A stretch of 64,000 nt of DNA, taken from Eledone cirrhosa (lineage: Eukaryota). Positions within the stretch are counted from its first letter, which is position 1; each line of letters opens with the position of its first letter. Of this stretch, positions 28,886 to 43,324 are shown piece by piece. The stretch is from contig OZ024758.1 in NCBI GenBank assembly GCA_964016885.1, positions 2,418,001-2,482,000 on the forward strand. Direction: 5' to 3'. A model generated the notes under the pieces. That model worked only from the letters and a program-made list of their open reading frames with translations, had not been told where the DNA came from and made no database searches. Made by a program: the position numbers and the translations under genes.

Positions 28886-29127
28886 CTTTATATATATCTA
28901 TATGTTTATATATATCTATATCTATACATATATATATATATATCTATATATATATATATATATATATTCTTCTTCAGAAGATCCCGTTAAGGGTGAAAGC
29001 ACCGATTCTTTGCTTAAACTTTAAACTGTTATTTTAATAAATATTTGCTCTACGGTTCTTATATATTTGATATATATTTATCCTTATCGAGCCCTCTTTG
29101 GATTTTAGTCTTCAAATTTATTATTAT

Positions 29128-29208
<81 letters not shown>

Positions 29209-29544
29209 TTAAATATATATATATACATACATATGTAATATATATATATTTATATATATATATATATATAATATATATATATATACATACATATGTAATA
29301 TGAATATATATATATCGTATATTTATATGCATTATATAATATATATATATATATACATTAAATACATATATATATATCATATATATATGCATTAAATATA
29401 TATATACACATGTAATATGTATATATATTATATATATATATGCGTTAAATATATATATATATATATACATACAAATGTAATATGTATATATATATATATA
29501 TGCATTGTATATATATATATATACATATGTAATATGTATGTATA

Positions 29545-29589
<45 letters not shown>

Positions 29590-29882
29590 TAAATTATACA
29601 TACATATTACATATAATATATAAATATATATATTAGTTTTGCAAGGTCTTTGATATGAAATCGTGTGTCGAAACAAATATTGTTATACTTGGGGAGGGTC
29701 ATATTGTTGTAATAATATTGCCAGAATTAAAAACAGAAGACACTCAATGTTTGGTTAGTTTTCGCTTCTGTGTCTTTTACATCGGTTAATTTTATTTATC
29801 CGGTCCTCAATGTTTACCATTGACTGACCAACGGTCAAAAATACAGATATATTATAGACACAAACACAAATATATAGTCTAA

Positions 29883-29920
29883 CAAAGTTCTTTCGTTGCA
29901 CATCTGCAACATCGTCAGTG
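29883..29920 (-). ncRNA. Minimal hammerhead motif, same family as 53162-53204
   Basis: CA-CTGACGA-T-GTTGCA-GATG-TGCAAC-GAAA-GAAC-TT-TG. Confidence 0.55.
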
Positions 29921-30273
29921 GTGCCTTTATGTTTCCTCCTTTTGTATTGTATGTCTACGCTATCTTTCAAAGATGGCGTAGAAATACATACAATATATAT
30001 ATATATATACATATTACATAAGTATATATATATATATATGCATTAAATATATATATATATACATACGTAATATGTGTATATATATATATGTATTTTACAT
30101 ATATATTATATATATGCATTAAATATCTATATATACGTAATATATGTGTATATATATACATACATATTATATATATGCATTTAATATCTATAGATACGTA
30201 ATATGTATATATATATATATGTTATATATATATATACATTAAATATATATATACATATATATTAATACATATG

Positions 30274-30344
<71 letters not shown>

Positions 30345-30377
30345 GCATATATATATATATATATATATATATACATG

Positions 30378-30422
<45 letters not shown>

Positions 30423-30785
30423 GCATACATATATATATATATATATATAATATAAAACGAAAATTAGTGATGCATCTGAACTCACTTTATTGTGTGTTAC
30501 AATTGTTTCGCCGTCGGACAGCTCGAGACGCGATCATTGTGTGGATCTGTCTGATTCTGGACCCGCAGGTTCGACGGACACGTCTAATGATATCGGAGCA
30601 TATTCTTCCGCCGTGGTATCTGACCAGTTTTATATTATATCATACTCTGCTCTGTAAGAGCATAGAGTGCTCAACCGGCATATCGCCTATGGAAGCATCT
30701 CAGCTACCATCCGACACACATATATATATGTATATATATATAATATATATATGCATTAAATATATAAATACATATGTAATATGTG

Positions 30786-30820
<35 letters not shown>

Positions 30821-30831
30821 ATATACATATA

Positions 30832-30864
<33 letters not shown>

Positions 30865-30890
30865 GCATTAAATATATAAATACATATGTA

Positions 30891-31007
<117 letters not shown>

Positions 31008-31587
31008 CATATATGTGTGTGTGTATATATATATATATATATAACTCTTTTACCTGTTTCAGCCATCCGGCTGAGGCCATGCTGGGGCACCGCCCTTGTT
31101 GCTACACATTTTATCTCCAGCCTGCATTGGTTGGCCACTGGTGCACAACAAAATTGATAATATTCAGATCAATAAAATAAATATTGATTGTTATCGATTA
31201 GATGCCCATGAAGGCGGAACCTCAGTAATTGAAATTAATTTGAAATTAAATATAATTAACATGAATTAATAAAAGTATGCATTTACATATTATATTTAAA
31301 TTATTAGATATACAGTTCATTAAAATATCAAATATTTTGTAATTTTGTTAAATTAATTGAGAGTTTGTAATTTTGAAATTTTTTCAAAACTTATTAAGAA
31401 ACCATTCACTTACTGTTGTTAAAATGTATTGTCAATTTAATTTTTACAGTTTTTTCTCCGTTGTGGTCATCTTGTGCTTGGCGTTGTAGAGACATATATG
31501 AAAGTTTCGTTTGTCCAATCTTTAAAACGAGATCAACTTTGGCACTAAAATTACTGGCCACGTTTTTTAATATATAGGTTGTTGGTT

Positions 31588-31975
31588 TTGTAGTTTAACT
31601 CCAGCTCTCTATGGTTGAGTCGGTCTGCAGTTGAAGATGTCTGTTGTAGTTTAACTCCAGATATCTATGGTTGAGTCGGTCTACAGTTGAAGATGTATGT
31701 TGTAGTTTTACTCCAGATATCTATGGTTGACTCGGTCTACAGTTGAAGATGTCTGTTGTAGTTTAACTCCAGATATCTTTGGTTAAGTTGGTCTATAATC
31801 GAGGATGTCTGTTGTAGTTTAACTCCAGATATATTTGGTTGAGTCGGTCTATAGTTGAGGAAATCTGCTTAAGTTCAACTCGAGATATCTTTGGTTGTCG
31901 GACTATAGTTAAATGTGTTTTTGTAGTTTAACTTCAGATAGGTTTGGTTGAATAGGTCCTTAGTTAAGGGCGTTT
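31588..31975. repeat. 56-bp minisatellite (~7 copies, decaying rightwards)
   Basis: TTGTAGTTTAACTCCAGATATCTATGGTTGAGTCGGTCTACAGTTGAAGATGTCTG at 31588, 31644, 31700... Confidence 0.88.
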
Positions 31976-33346
31976 TTGTCCTGTTAATCCTGTCTTTTCC
32001 TTCAGATATAGTGTATTTAGCACAGCTTATTCAATATGCCGTTTTCCTATCTTCCTTTTTATGCCTATAGAGTGTGATTTGAAGTAGATTCAGCATCTAT
32101 TTCTAACAGATCTAACGACCATATAGACGCTACATCGTTGTCTACCCAGTTGGTTTCCTCGTTTATCTCATCACATAATGGTTAACCAGATTTCAGCTAC
32201 ATTATGTCATCTCACGTTGAGCTTAAACTCAGCTAAGTTAAAACCTAATTAATCGGTGAACGCATTCAGTCCAAATGAAGAAAGGGCTGCCTGTTAAGTG
32301 ATTTAGACTCGTAAAGGGGGAATAAAAACCGTGAGATGAAAAAGATGCTTTGAAATAGGTATGAAACTACCTCACAAAAACGCCCTCCGACAGAGGTTAT
32401 ATGTTTGTACCAAATCATGCTTGGTAATAGAATGCCTTGAAGAACATCCACAAGAAAGTATTGGGACGAAGCAGACATATTTTAAAGAAAATTATGAGGA
32501 GATACGCAGCTTTTCTTTTCTTTCTTACCTCTCCTTTTCTTTATTTTTTAATTTCTTTTCCTACTTGACGAAGTTCATGTTTTGTAGAAGGGACGAATAA
32601 AGGAATGCAGATATGTCGACATAAAAAACGAACAGGATACTTTGTGGAGAATACATCTTTGGTCACGATTCTCAGGCGTTCATGTTAGAGTCATATATTA
32701 TAAAAAGTAATTACATTCTGTACTTTAGCCACAGGTATTTTAATACGTGTCTTCCTTAACGATAATTAAATTTCATAGAATGTTCGTAGAACGGTAATTA
32801 ATTGTTTCTACTTTTGGCACAAGGCCAGTAATTACCCAGTACATTACTGGTACTCTATTTTATCGACCCCCGTAAGGATGAAAGGCAAAGTTGACCTCGA
32901 CGGCACTTGAACTCAGAACGTAAAGGGATATAACTATGCTGGAAAGCATGGTATCTGACTCTCTATCGATACTAACAATTCACCGCCCTATGGTAGATCG
33001 GTAATTAATATCATGAGGCATCAATCTGGAGAGGCAGGTTCGGTTTGCACCGCCGTGTAATGAATTATTGACCTTCCTTTCGTATCATTACACACACGTA
33101 CGTGCGCATATATTTGTATATGGCTATTCTATGGCATAGTGTTACCGCTTATGTATATATATATAAGTTTATCCCGGGTTCAATCAGGGGTAAGCACAGT
33201 AAGTAAGGAACTCAATACATAGAGTATAAATATTTAGTATAGAAATGGCTTCTACAGGACTAGAACTGTTTCATTCGGGAGAAATTATCAGGAAGTCCGC
33301 TTTCTGAAGATTTCTCCCAAATGAAACAGCTCTAGTCCCGTAGAAG

Positions 33347-33468
<122 letters not shown>

Positions 33469-33552
33469 GAAATCGTGTGTCGAAACAAAGTGAGTGTGTT
33501 CTGTTATTAATTCTGGCAATATTATTAAACAAATATGACCCTCCCCAAGTAT

Positions 33553-33596
<44 letters not shown>

Positions 33597-34068
33597 CAAA
33601 GAGGGTGTGGTAAGATTTGAAATCAGAATGTAAAGGGCCGTAACTCTATACCGCAAAGTATGGTGTCCAACGCTCTACCGATTACATCCAATCCACCGCC
33701 CTAACGTTCTTAATAATGAATGTTTTTAATGAAATGTAGATTACGTTTATTGCGATGACAATTGTTTTGGTAATTCCTAGTTGTTGTCAGGATATTAGGT
33801 TCTATAGTTATGTTCGGTAGCTCATGTTAGCCAACATTTTCAAAATACCAAATAGTTTTACAATAAACTAAATTGACGAGTGATCACTAAATGAAAATAA
33901 CCAACAAACCTGAGATTTTAAACAAAATACCAGCTATGATACTTGTTCTGTCTGGTTTACCCAGACGCCTTCTTTTCACCCACATTACCGAAAATGCAGT
34001 GATTGGCCTCTTGGAAGCCGCAGATAAATGGATAGATAGTTAAATACCTAATTAAATGAATGATCAAA

Positions 34069-34114
<46 letters not shown>

Positions 34115-34151
34115 GATGTGAGAAAAACCACAAACCCTCCATCTCAACTCA

Positions 34152-34189
34152 CCTTTTGAAAAGCAGATGAACTGCGAAACCGGTAAAGG
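34152..34189 (+). ncRNA. 38-nt minimal hammerhead motif with U3-A8 core variant
   Basis: CCTT-TTGAAAA-GCAG-ATGAA-CTGC-GAAA-CCGG-TA-AAGG; palindromic stem III ACCGGT. Confidence 0.6.
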
Positions 34190-34322
34190 AAACAAATAAA
34201 TATATATATTTAAAAAAAAAAAATAAGACTCCAGTTGCATTTACGATTTCATCTCTTTTTCTTTATACTTTCACTCGTGTAGGACACCTCGGTTATTTTT
34301 CATTTTGTAAAAAAAACCTCAC

Positions 34323-34388
<66 letters not shown>

Positions 34389-34540
34389 GTATATATATAT
34401 ATAGTTTTAATATAGATGAGATTCTACAGGTCTAGTTCTGTAGAATCTCATCTATATTAAAGCTTTTATACTATGCAAGGTATTGAGTACCTTACTTACT
34501 GTGGTTACCTTCGATTCAACCCGGAATAACTTACCTATAA

Positions 34541-34571
<31 letters not shown>

Positions 34572-34817
34572 GTTATACTTTGGGAGGGTCATGCTGCCAA
34601 TAAAAACACACGCACCTGTTGGTTTTCACTTCAATTTATTATAAATTTCCGGTTGGTTGGTTCAATAACCGGATGGTTTTTTATATATTGTCAAAGCTTT
34701 TTCGTCACACATTCTGGGACCTTCTCAGTGACTAGGTTTTTATTTAGTATAGTATAACAATATGTTTCAACACACGTTTTCAAATAAGAAATCTTGCAAA
34801 ACAAATTCAAAAACGAA

Positions 34818-34867
<50 letters not shown>

Positions 34868-34912
34868 GAGAGGTATAGAGATTGTTTTAGCAAGAAGCTA
34901 ATAGTATTCTAT

Positions 34913-34953
<41 letters not shown>

Positions 34954-35282
34954 TGGTACAATGTAACCCAGTACAACCTTCACTGTTGAGTGACATGTGA
35001 CTAAATGAGCTCCTCCTCCAGACCCCGGTCATCTCTCAAACGTTTTTGTGACCTAATCTTTAGTAAACTCGAATACTTGGTCAATGTCAGACTATTTCCA
35101 TAGTCCTGTGACCCAGTGGCATTGCCTTAAACGATTTGGAGCTATAAATCTACTTAAATGCTTGTCTTATATCTTAGATATAATTATTCTGTCTGACGAA
35201 CGAACTGGATGTTCCTTGCAAGAATCATCTAGTCTTTTGAAACCTTCAGTAATGAAATAATTATATTGTGTTGTTTATTATG

Positions 35283-35355
<73 letters not shown>

Positions 35356-35758
35356 TTAATCATTGGTCTTTTCATAGGTTTACTGCAACCTCTTAAGATC
35401 TGTGGAGGTCATATAAGTCGGTGCTAAAATCTTGGCAGATATAAAATAGTCAAAAGCTTTCGATATGTTAACCTATTGTAGCGTGTTACCTGAGTAATTG
35501 GACAGAGGTAAATAATTTACTGCCCTTCACATCAATCAGTATCATTTCAGAGAAGAGTTATCCCAATCATAGGACCTTTACCTTCTTGCCATATGTTGGA
35601 CGTTATAGTATCTTCCGACAATCACTTCTAGATCCAATTACACACACACACACATATATATATATATTAAAATAACAGATTGAAGTTTCGCTGCTTTCAC
35701 CCTTAACGGGATCTACTGAAACTAAAAAAAAATCAAACTGTATATATATATAGATATA

Positions 35759-35943
35759 CAGGGTAGGCCAGAATTCATGACTCGCTTGTTAGTTATATTT
35801 CTTAACATGCTTATTTTGTTATTGTATTGTTTTAATTTATTATTTTATTTCTTAATATGCCTCAGTGGTTTTTTTTTAAATTTATTTTATCTAAATTTAA
35901 TAGATCTATAAATAAAGTGAGTCATGAATTCTGGCCCACCCTG
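35759..35943. mobile_element. Tc1/mariner-type MITE; related CAGGGTGTCC-ended MITEs at 38961-39030 and 58069-58168
   Basis: TIRs CAGGGTAGGCCAGAATTCATGACTC / GAGTCATGAATTCTGGCCCACCCTG flanked by TA. Confidence 0.75.
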
Positions 35944-36008
<65 letters not shown>

Positions 36009-36225
36009 CCATATATGAGAAAAGGAAAGAAGATAAGGAAAAAATCTTTACTTGATTTAATGTCCCTACTGCAGTTTCATTGAGAAAATAACGATACTCC
36101 GAGTAGAGCATCGTGAGAAATGTCAAATAATCAGGAGGCTTTCATCAGAAAGAAAATTCAAGACAAGAATTCCTAGCCGTATCTATACTTGTGTAAATAT
36201 ATATATATATATACTTCTTCATTTA

Positions 36226-36260
<35 letters not shown>

Positions 36261-37675
36261 GAGAGAGAGAGAGAAGAAGAACACTGGAAGGTAATATCCG
36301 TAGTGGTAGAGCACTCAGTCCATGGGACGAGTTTGGTAGAAGTGGTAACACAACAGTTGGTTCACCATACCGAGAACAATTGTTTCACCTTAGAGGATCT
36401 TTGAAGATCCGCACAAGGTGAAACAATTGTTCTCGGTATGGTGAACCAACTGTTGTGTTACCACTTTATACACATATATATATATATACACATACACACA
36501 CACACATATATATATAGTCACTCCGAATAATACCAATATTTCTGATTCGGTGAAATTCGCCAACACTACACCTGATATCCCCCTCCATACACACGCACAC
36601 ATGTATATCGTGACTCATACACTGTTCACTTTCCTGACATTTGTACATTATTCTATGTATTACACATACACCTTTGATGAGTTGTAGTGTACCCGAGCAC
36701 TGTACACAATAATTTCATTATTATTATTATATATCAGTTTTGTTAATTTGAAATTTCCTTACATCTTTTCATATGATTCATTACAGAGAATTGGTAAAGT
36801 ACCTTAAACAATAGTATTTCACAATAGTTTACTCCTGGTTAGAGAAGGCGCGTGGCTGAGTGGTTAGAGAATTGGATTCCCAAGCGTGAGGTTGTGAGTT
36901 CGATTCCCGGACCGGGTGGTGCGTTATGTCCTTCAGCAAGACATTTATTTCACGCTGCTCCTTCTACCTGGAGTTGCGACCGATAGAGAGTATTAACAAT
37001 TAGAAATACCAATGGAAACATAGTTTCCTCGGTCCGATTTGGCGAAAGTCGACCGACTGCCTTACTCCTGGTTACAACGAGATACCGTTGCTTTCATCTA
37101 CAATTGATAATATCTCGAGAATTCATATTTTATAAGGAACTTCTCTACCTTTCATAATTTACCATTTAACTTAAAGATGTTATCACGGCTAGTTTCATTC
37201 ATCCCTAATCTTTTAGTTTCAATTTACCTTATTTTTCTCAAGATCCTTATATTTTATTTACTATTCAAGTGACATTCTGCCATTAAAATGTGAAGTGCTC
37301 TTTAGAATGCTTCTAGAAGAGACTTCTAACGAAAGATATGACACAGAAAAGCATTATCCATGGAAAGAAAATAAATTTCTTTTCTATCTCTTATTTTCTT
37401 TCGTTTAAAAACCTAGAAATGACTTTCCTGGTCGTCAAACAGTTCCCCACTTGTGTGATGAAGGCGGAAGACTAACATAAATCTTTAAATAATATCTTAA
37501 CTTCGTCCAACAAACTGCCTTTATTTTATTTTATTTATCTTCAATGGGAGGGTTTATATATATATATATTATATATATATATACAGTATATATGTATATA
37601 TATATATTATATATGTATATAGATATACACACATATAATATATATATATACATATATACATATATGTACATATAC

Positions 37676-37708
<33 letters not shown>

Positions 37709-37937
37709 CATATACACATATATATACATATACACATATATATATATATACATATACACATATATATATATATATACATATACACATATATATATACACA
37801 TATATATATATATATATACATATATACATATATATACATATATATATATATACATATATATACACATATATATATACATATATATACACATATATATACA
37901 CATATATATATACATATATATACACATATATATATAT

Positions 37938-37968
<31 letters not shown>

Positions 37969-38211
37969 CGTATATATATACATATATATACATGTATATA
38001 TACATATATATACATATATATACATGTATATATACATGTATATATACATGTATATATACATGTATATATACATGTATATATACATATATATATACATGTA
38101 TATATACATGTATATATACATATATATATACATATATATATATATACATATATATACACATATATATACATACATATATATATACATACATACATATATA
38201 CATACATACAT

Positions 38212-38780
38212 AGCGGCTGCCAACTCGTTTTCGAGTACGGCCACTACTTTATATCCATGTAGGAGAACCCCTACCGATGCGCTGAACGAGTGTGACTTTT
38301 TAGTTCAGCCAGCGACTTGAAAACTCTGGTACAAACACTACACTTGTGACAATTATTGACACATAGTGCTGGGCCCATGGTACCATGTGATGACAAGTGC
38401 AGAGAGATCTCCAGATATAAAGCAATGCCTGTGCCATGAAGCTTTTATAGTGAGCAAAGGCACTGCACAAAGCCAGTCCCACTCTCTTAACCAAGATGAT
38501 ATTTACCAAAAAGAAGAACAAGTCAACATCATTGGATACCATCAGGGTTGCAGGTGTTATATCAGAGTTTTCCTTCTCCTAGAATTCTGCCTTGACAAAG
38601 GCTAAGGGGTCATCTCTCCCAGTGATTTTCGATGGCCATTGACTCTTAAGAGCTCCTTTGCCCTTTGACAGGTTTTGTTTTTAGTCCTGCAGGATGTCCA
38701 AAGTCACCCTCCTCACCAAGAAACCTTGGTGGGGTTGCCAGTTTAGTCGCCAACGACCCGACCATGGGACAGGTTGTACA
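38212..38780 (-). mobile_element. Probable LINE (RTE-like) 5' UTR fragment
   Basis: GC-richer island between TA tracts with CTAGGAGAAGGAAAACTCTGA, a motif I associate with RTE 5' regions; no ORF support. Confidence 0.35.
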
Positions 38781-38876
38781 TATATATATATATATGTGAA
38801 TATATATACATACGTGTGTATATATATATATATACATACGTGCATATGTATACATACATGCATATATATATGCATG

Positions 38877-38910
<34 letters not shown>

Positions 38911-40583
38911 TGTATATATATGTATAAATGTACATGTATACATGTAGATATATATATACACAGGGTGTCCCCCAAAATGTATACATATATTTACTAGAAT
39001 GATGTGTATACATTTTTTAGGGACATCCTGTATTTTTTTATTATTACGTTAGCAAGGGACCGGAAGTGTGTCTCTTTAAAAAGAAAGGAAGAGTCGCTGC
39101 TTTAGAAGTGGAATATCCTGTGTAGACAGGCGTTAAAAACACATTAGGGACATTAGAAATATGATAAAAATGGTGACAAGGTGACTATTCGAGTTAGTTT
39201 ACCTGTTGATGAGATAGAACACCACTGAATTCTTCATATTCATGTAAATCAGTCTGGCAGAGATAAATCCAACAGATAGATTGTTCAACATAAGTTCGGT
39301 TATTTTACAGCACACCCACTGCGAAAAGGGGAGCCGCTAAGTGAGAGGTTCCCAAACGTTTAGGAGACCGCTCCCTCACGGCCACGTAATACCCCCAGCG
39401 CCCCCAAACCTATTACCAGAGACACCTCTCTGCATGCAAATTGTAAATAATATATAATAAATAAAGTCGTTAATTTATATATAATAATATAATATATACT
39501 ATGTATAAATAAATATATTTTTTATTTTACTATATTTATATATAATATATATCATTTGATATTTAATATACTGTTATATCATCTCTACCGACACACCCCT
39601 CTCACCGATCTTTTAGGCCCCAGCGCCCTCCGTCCATTGGGCCTTCTAAACTCCCAGTTTTATACAAATTCGTATAATTACGTTAAATATATAATTTCCT
39701 GCGATTAATAAATACATTTCTATGCATCTTTGCTACATATCAGCGTTGTGGAAATATTTAAAGAGGTGGAGAGGGTTGTATGGTGTTATGACCTGCCACA
39801 AGATTACTTTATTCTATCGACCACGGAAGGATAACAGGTAAATTTGCGCCTGGCGTCATTTAAACTCAGAACATTAAGTGTTGTAAACTAAATAAAGCAA
39901 AGCATTGTCAAATATTCTACCATCCTTCCAATCAAACCCTGCATATAAATAATGGTTTCTGATTTAGGCACAAGGCCAACAGCTTGGAGGGTGGGGGGGA
40001 AGTCGATTAAATCGACTCCAGTACATTACTGGTACTTTATTGTATCGACCCCGTGAGGATGAAAGGCAAAGTGAACCTCGGCGGGATTTGAACTCAGATC
40101 AGAAAAGGCCGTAACTATGCTACAAAGCATGGCGTCTGACCCTCTAGCAATACTGCCAATCTACCGCCCTGTTTCTTATATAGGCACAAGGCCAACGACT
40201 TAAAGGGTGGGGGAGTCGATTAAATCGACACCAGTGTATTACTGGTACTTTAGTTTATCAAGACCAGTAAGGGTGAAAGACAAAGCTAACCTAGGTGGGA
40301 CTTGAACTCAAAACGTAAAGGGCTGTAACTATGCCACGAAGGATGGAGTCCGACGCTCTACCGATTCTACCAATCTACTGCCCTACCCTGCATATCAATA
40401 ATGTAATGTGGATCGATAGTTAGAGGTCTAAAGCTATTCTAGCAGAGACTTCTTTTTAGAACTGCTAAAGATAACATGTCATTCGACTGCTATTTCTAGC
40501 AATTTTTAAAGAACCTACAAAGGCTGCCTTATTAGTTTGTAGTAGAACAGTTGTGTAAGGTGGTTACACATACATACAGACAC

Positions 40584-40644
<61 letters not shown>

Positions 40645-40667
40645 GGTACATATATGTATATATACGC

Positions 40668-40700
<33 letters not shown>

Positions 40701-41547
40701 CACACACACATACATTCACATGGAATGGCCATATCTCGATTTCGAAAATTGCTACTACAGTAAGGTGGTAATTAAGGGAGATGTGGTTGCTATTTTTAGA
40801 AGATCAAGCGACCATGTAGAAGCTCTCTTGATATTAGCTAAATACAGTCTGTTCGCTTTTTACGCGAATTCGATTTAACGCCTCTTGGAAAAATATCAAA
40901 TATTCACGTTACGCGAAGCGTTAATGAACGCATCTTCGCGTAAAAAGCGAACGCAATATTTTGTTCGAAATAAAAGTACCAGTAATGAACTGGGTTATTG
41001 CTGGCCTTGTGCCTAAAGTAGAAACATTTTGTTCAGCTAGCGATACAGAGAAACAGTCCAAGTCCGATAACTCAGCTAACTTATTCTGAATGAAACAAAA
41101 AAAAAAAAAAAAAAGAGAAACGTTAATTTAACATTTTAAAAATAATTCACTGTTGTTATGTTAATTTACAGCCATTTAAAAATAATTAGCATAGCTGAGA
41201 TTGTTCTTGGCAATTTTATCTGTCATTTAGTTGACTTTAAATCTATAAAAATGGAATTTAGCTGATAAAATACGATTTGTCAAGTTGAGTTATGTCCCTT
41301 GTTTTAGCAGCATCAACGGATGGTGACGGGGGCATTAAATTCACCCACTACGTGACTTATTTTATTTTATCGACCCTGGAAAGATAAAAGGCAAAGTTGA
41401 CTTCGGCGAGATTTAAAACCCGACTGTAGATCAAACAGTGCAGACTATATTATCGATTTCTCTCTCTTCCATAAAAGTACCAGCTCATAGATTCAATATT
41501 ATGTGAGGTAATGCCTTTACTACAAAAATATAAAAGAGTAATTTAAA

Positions 41548-41860
41548 GGGTCAAGCCAGAAAACAGCACAGCTCCCATGACTTTCGGAAACATTTTCCAC
41601 GCTCAGAGTTGCTGAAGCATGGAACAAACTAGCTGCATCAGTTGTTAGCTGCCGAGACACTGCATCCTTTAAAACCTCTATGCTTCCTGAGATTCGCCAC
41701 TACACCTAATATTCCACCTCCATATACACGCACACATGTATATCATGACTCATATACTATTCACTTCCCTGACATTTGTATATTATTCTATGTACTATAC
41801 ATGCACCTTTGATGAGTTGTAGTGCATATGAGCACTGTACACAATAATTTCACTATTATT
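41548..41860 (+). mobile_element. CR1-type LINE 3' end; other copies 36550-36730 (+), 46245-46435 (-), 52600-53070 (+)
   Basis: FRKHF/TLRVAEAWNKLAASVVSCRDTASFK matches the CR1 ORF2 C-terminus; shared 3' UTR ending (ATT)n. Confidence 0.75.
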
Positions 41861-42950
41861 ATATTCAAGAAACAAGAAAAATATCCACCTTTTATTACAC
41901 CATTTTAAATGTATCTTACAGAAAGATATCTTTATTTTTGATTATTTAAAAAAAATTCAAAAACAAAATAAAACATTGTCAATGACCAATATAAAGTTAT
42001 ATAAATGTATATTAATATATAATCAAAGCAAAATAGTTTCTCTGATTCATTAGAAAAAGTTTTCCATTTAAATTATAAACATTTTAGGTTGATAAATGAA
42101 GAGAAATAAGATGAACCTTTTAGTATTTAGACTGGCCGTATCTGGCCAGAATCCTCACCTCTGTTCAAGCTGGCCATAACCGACTGTTTATTAATACCTT
42201 ACATTAAGGTATTGTTCTCAAAATAAATATCAAAATCTCAGATTCGATATTACGTAAGCCTTTACCGTGAAAGCACAATAGTAAATATAGAGTAATGTAA
42301 ATACTAAAGGGTTAATCCTTTAGTATTTAAACTGGTCGTATCTGGCCAGAATTCTCTCACCTCTTTCTGTTCAAACTGGTCACTTATACTTACATTAAGG
42401 TTTTTTTCTCAAAATAAATAATATCAAAATGTCATATATTATATTCGACATTATGTGAGGTAAAGCCTTTACCATGAAAATACAATAGTATTTATAGGGT
42501 GATGTAATTACTAAAGGGTTAACTTTGAAATCCCTAATATCACCCAATTGCTGAAAATATCCAACATAGTAAGTTATGATGCCCATAAAGTAGTTAAGAG
42601 TGAGTGAAAATAACAAATGCAAAAAAAATTAAATAAAAGATATATAAGATAAATGTGTATCGAGATGTGTTTATGTACAGATCTTGTGTTTAAGAGATCA
42701 TATATGCAGGACCAAGACTAAACATCACCCATTGCTGGTTAAATCACCACAAAGAACTAAGACTTTCATCATTCCCTGTATCAGTCAAAGAACTTTTGGT
42801 TATCTTATAACAAGCCACTTAATTTGCATAGTTAACTTGGCAATACAGAAGGTATTGAACAGTTCAAAATGACAATCAATAAACTGACTTTTTACATTAT
42901 ATTACTTATAGAACTTTCAGTATCAAATCACTTCTCAAAGGAATAAGGTT

Positions 42951-43002
42951 TTTATTTAAATTTTGGCAGCGCCTAATTTAATGAATAAAGTGAAATTTTA
43001 TT
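42951..43002 (-). promoter_or_regulatory. Candidate polyadenylation signals (AATAAA at 42997-43002 and 42951-42956) for the P450
   Basis: Two AATAAA hexamers 70-125 nt past the stop; weak evidence in AT-rich DNA. Confidence 0.4.
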
Positions 43003-43074
43003 CTTATTAAGAAAAAAAAACAGAAAAAAAACAAAACTCGTTTACGGTTTCTTACATAAATAGAGTCATTAAGA

Positions 43075-43324
43075 TTACTGGCTGCGTTCCTGTGCTGTAA
43101 TCCAGATTTCATCATCTGGTTTAGTAACCAGCCCATAAACAGGAGTAACTACTTGACCTTTGACGAGACCTAAACGAAAATTTCTTAGAATCTTTGTAAT
43201 ACAAATACTAGCACATATATACGAGAGCTTACGCTTTGGGTTTCTATTATGACCATATACATCAAATGGTTGAAAAACTAAATTAGATTTCAAATTGTCT
43301 TTAGCAAATCTTTCTGGATCAAAC
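43075..43324 (-). CDS. CYP20A1: CYP20A1-like exon 11 (FDPERF...PFDVYGHNRNPKRKLSY...YGLVTKPDDEIWITAQERSQ*)
   Basis: PERF motif and CYP20-type C-terminus (GQV....Y.LVT....E.WIT...R); TAA stop at 43075-43077; summed exons = 1401 nt. Confidence 0.93.

Noticed and set aside
36847-36920. tRNA-like sequence with A and B boxes (also 15829-15900)
   Set aside because: Continues into a CORE-like SINE body and lacks a complete cloverleaf; SINE head, not a tRNA gene
43228-43233. Cryptic GTAAGC donor inside P450 exon 11 that might splice to a Cys-containing exon
   Set aside because: It lies downstream of the Asn codon so cannot restore the ligand, and the read-through frame already gives the conserved CYP20 C-terminus
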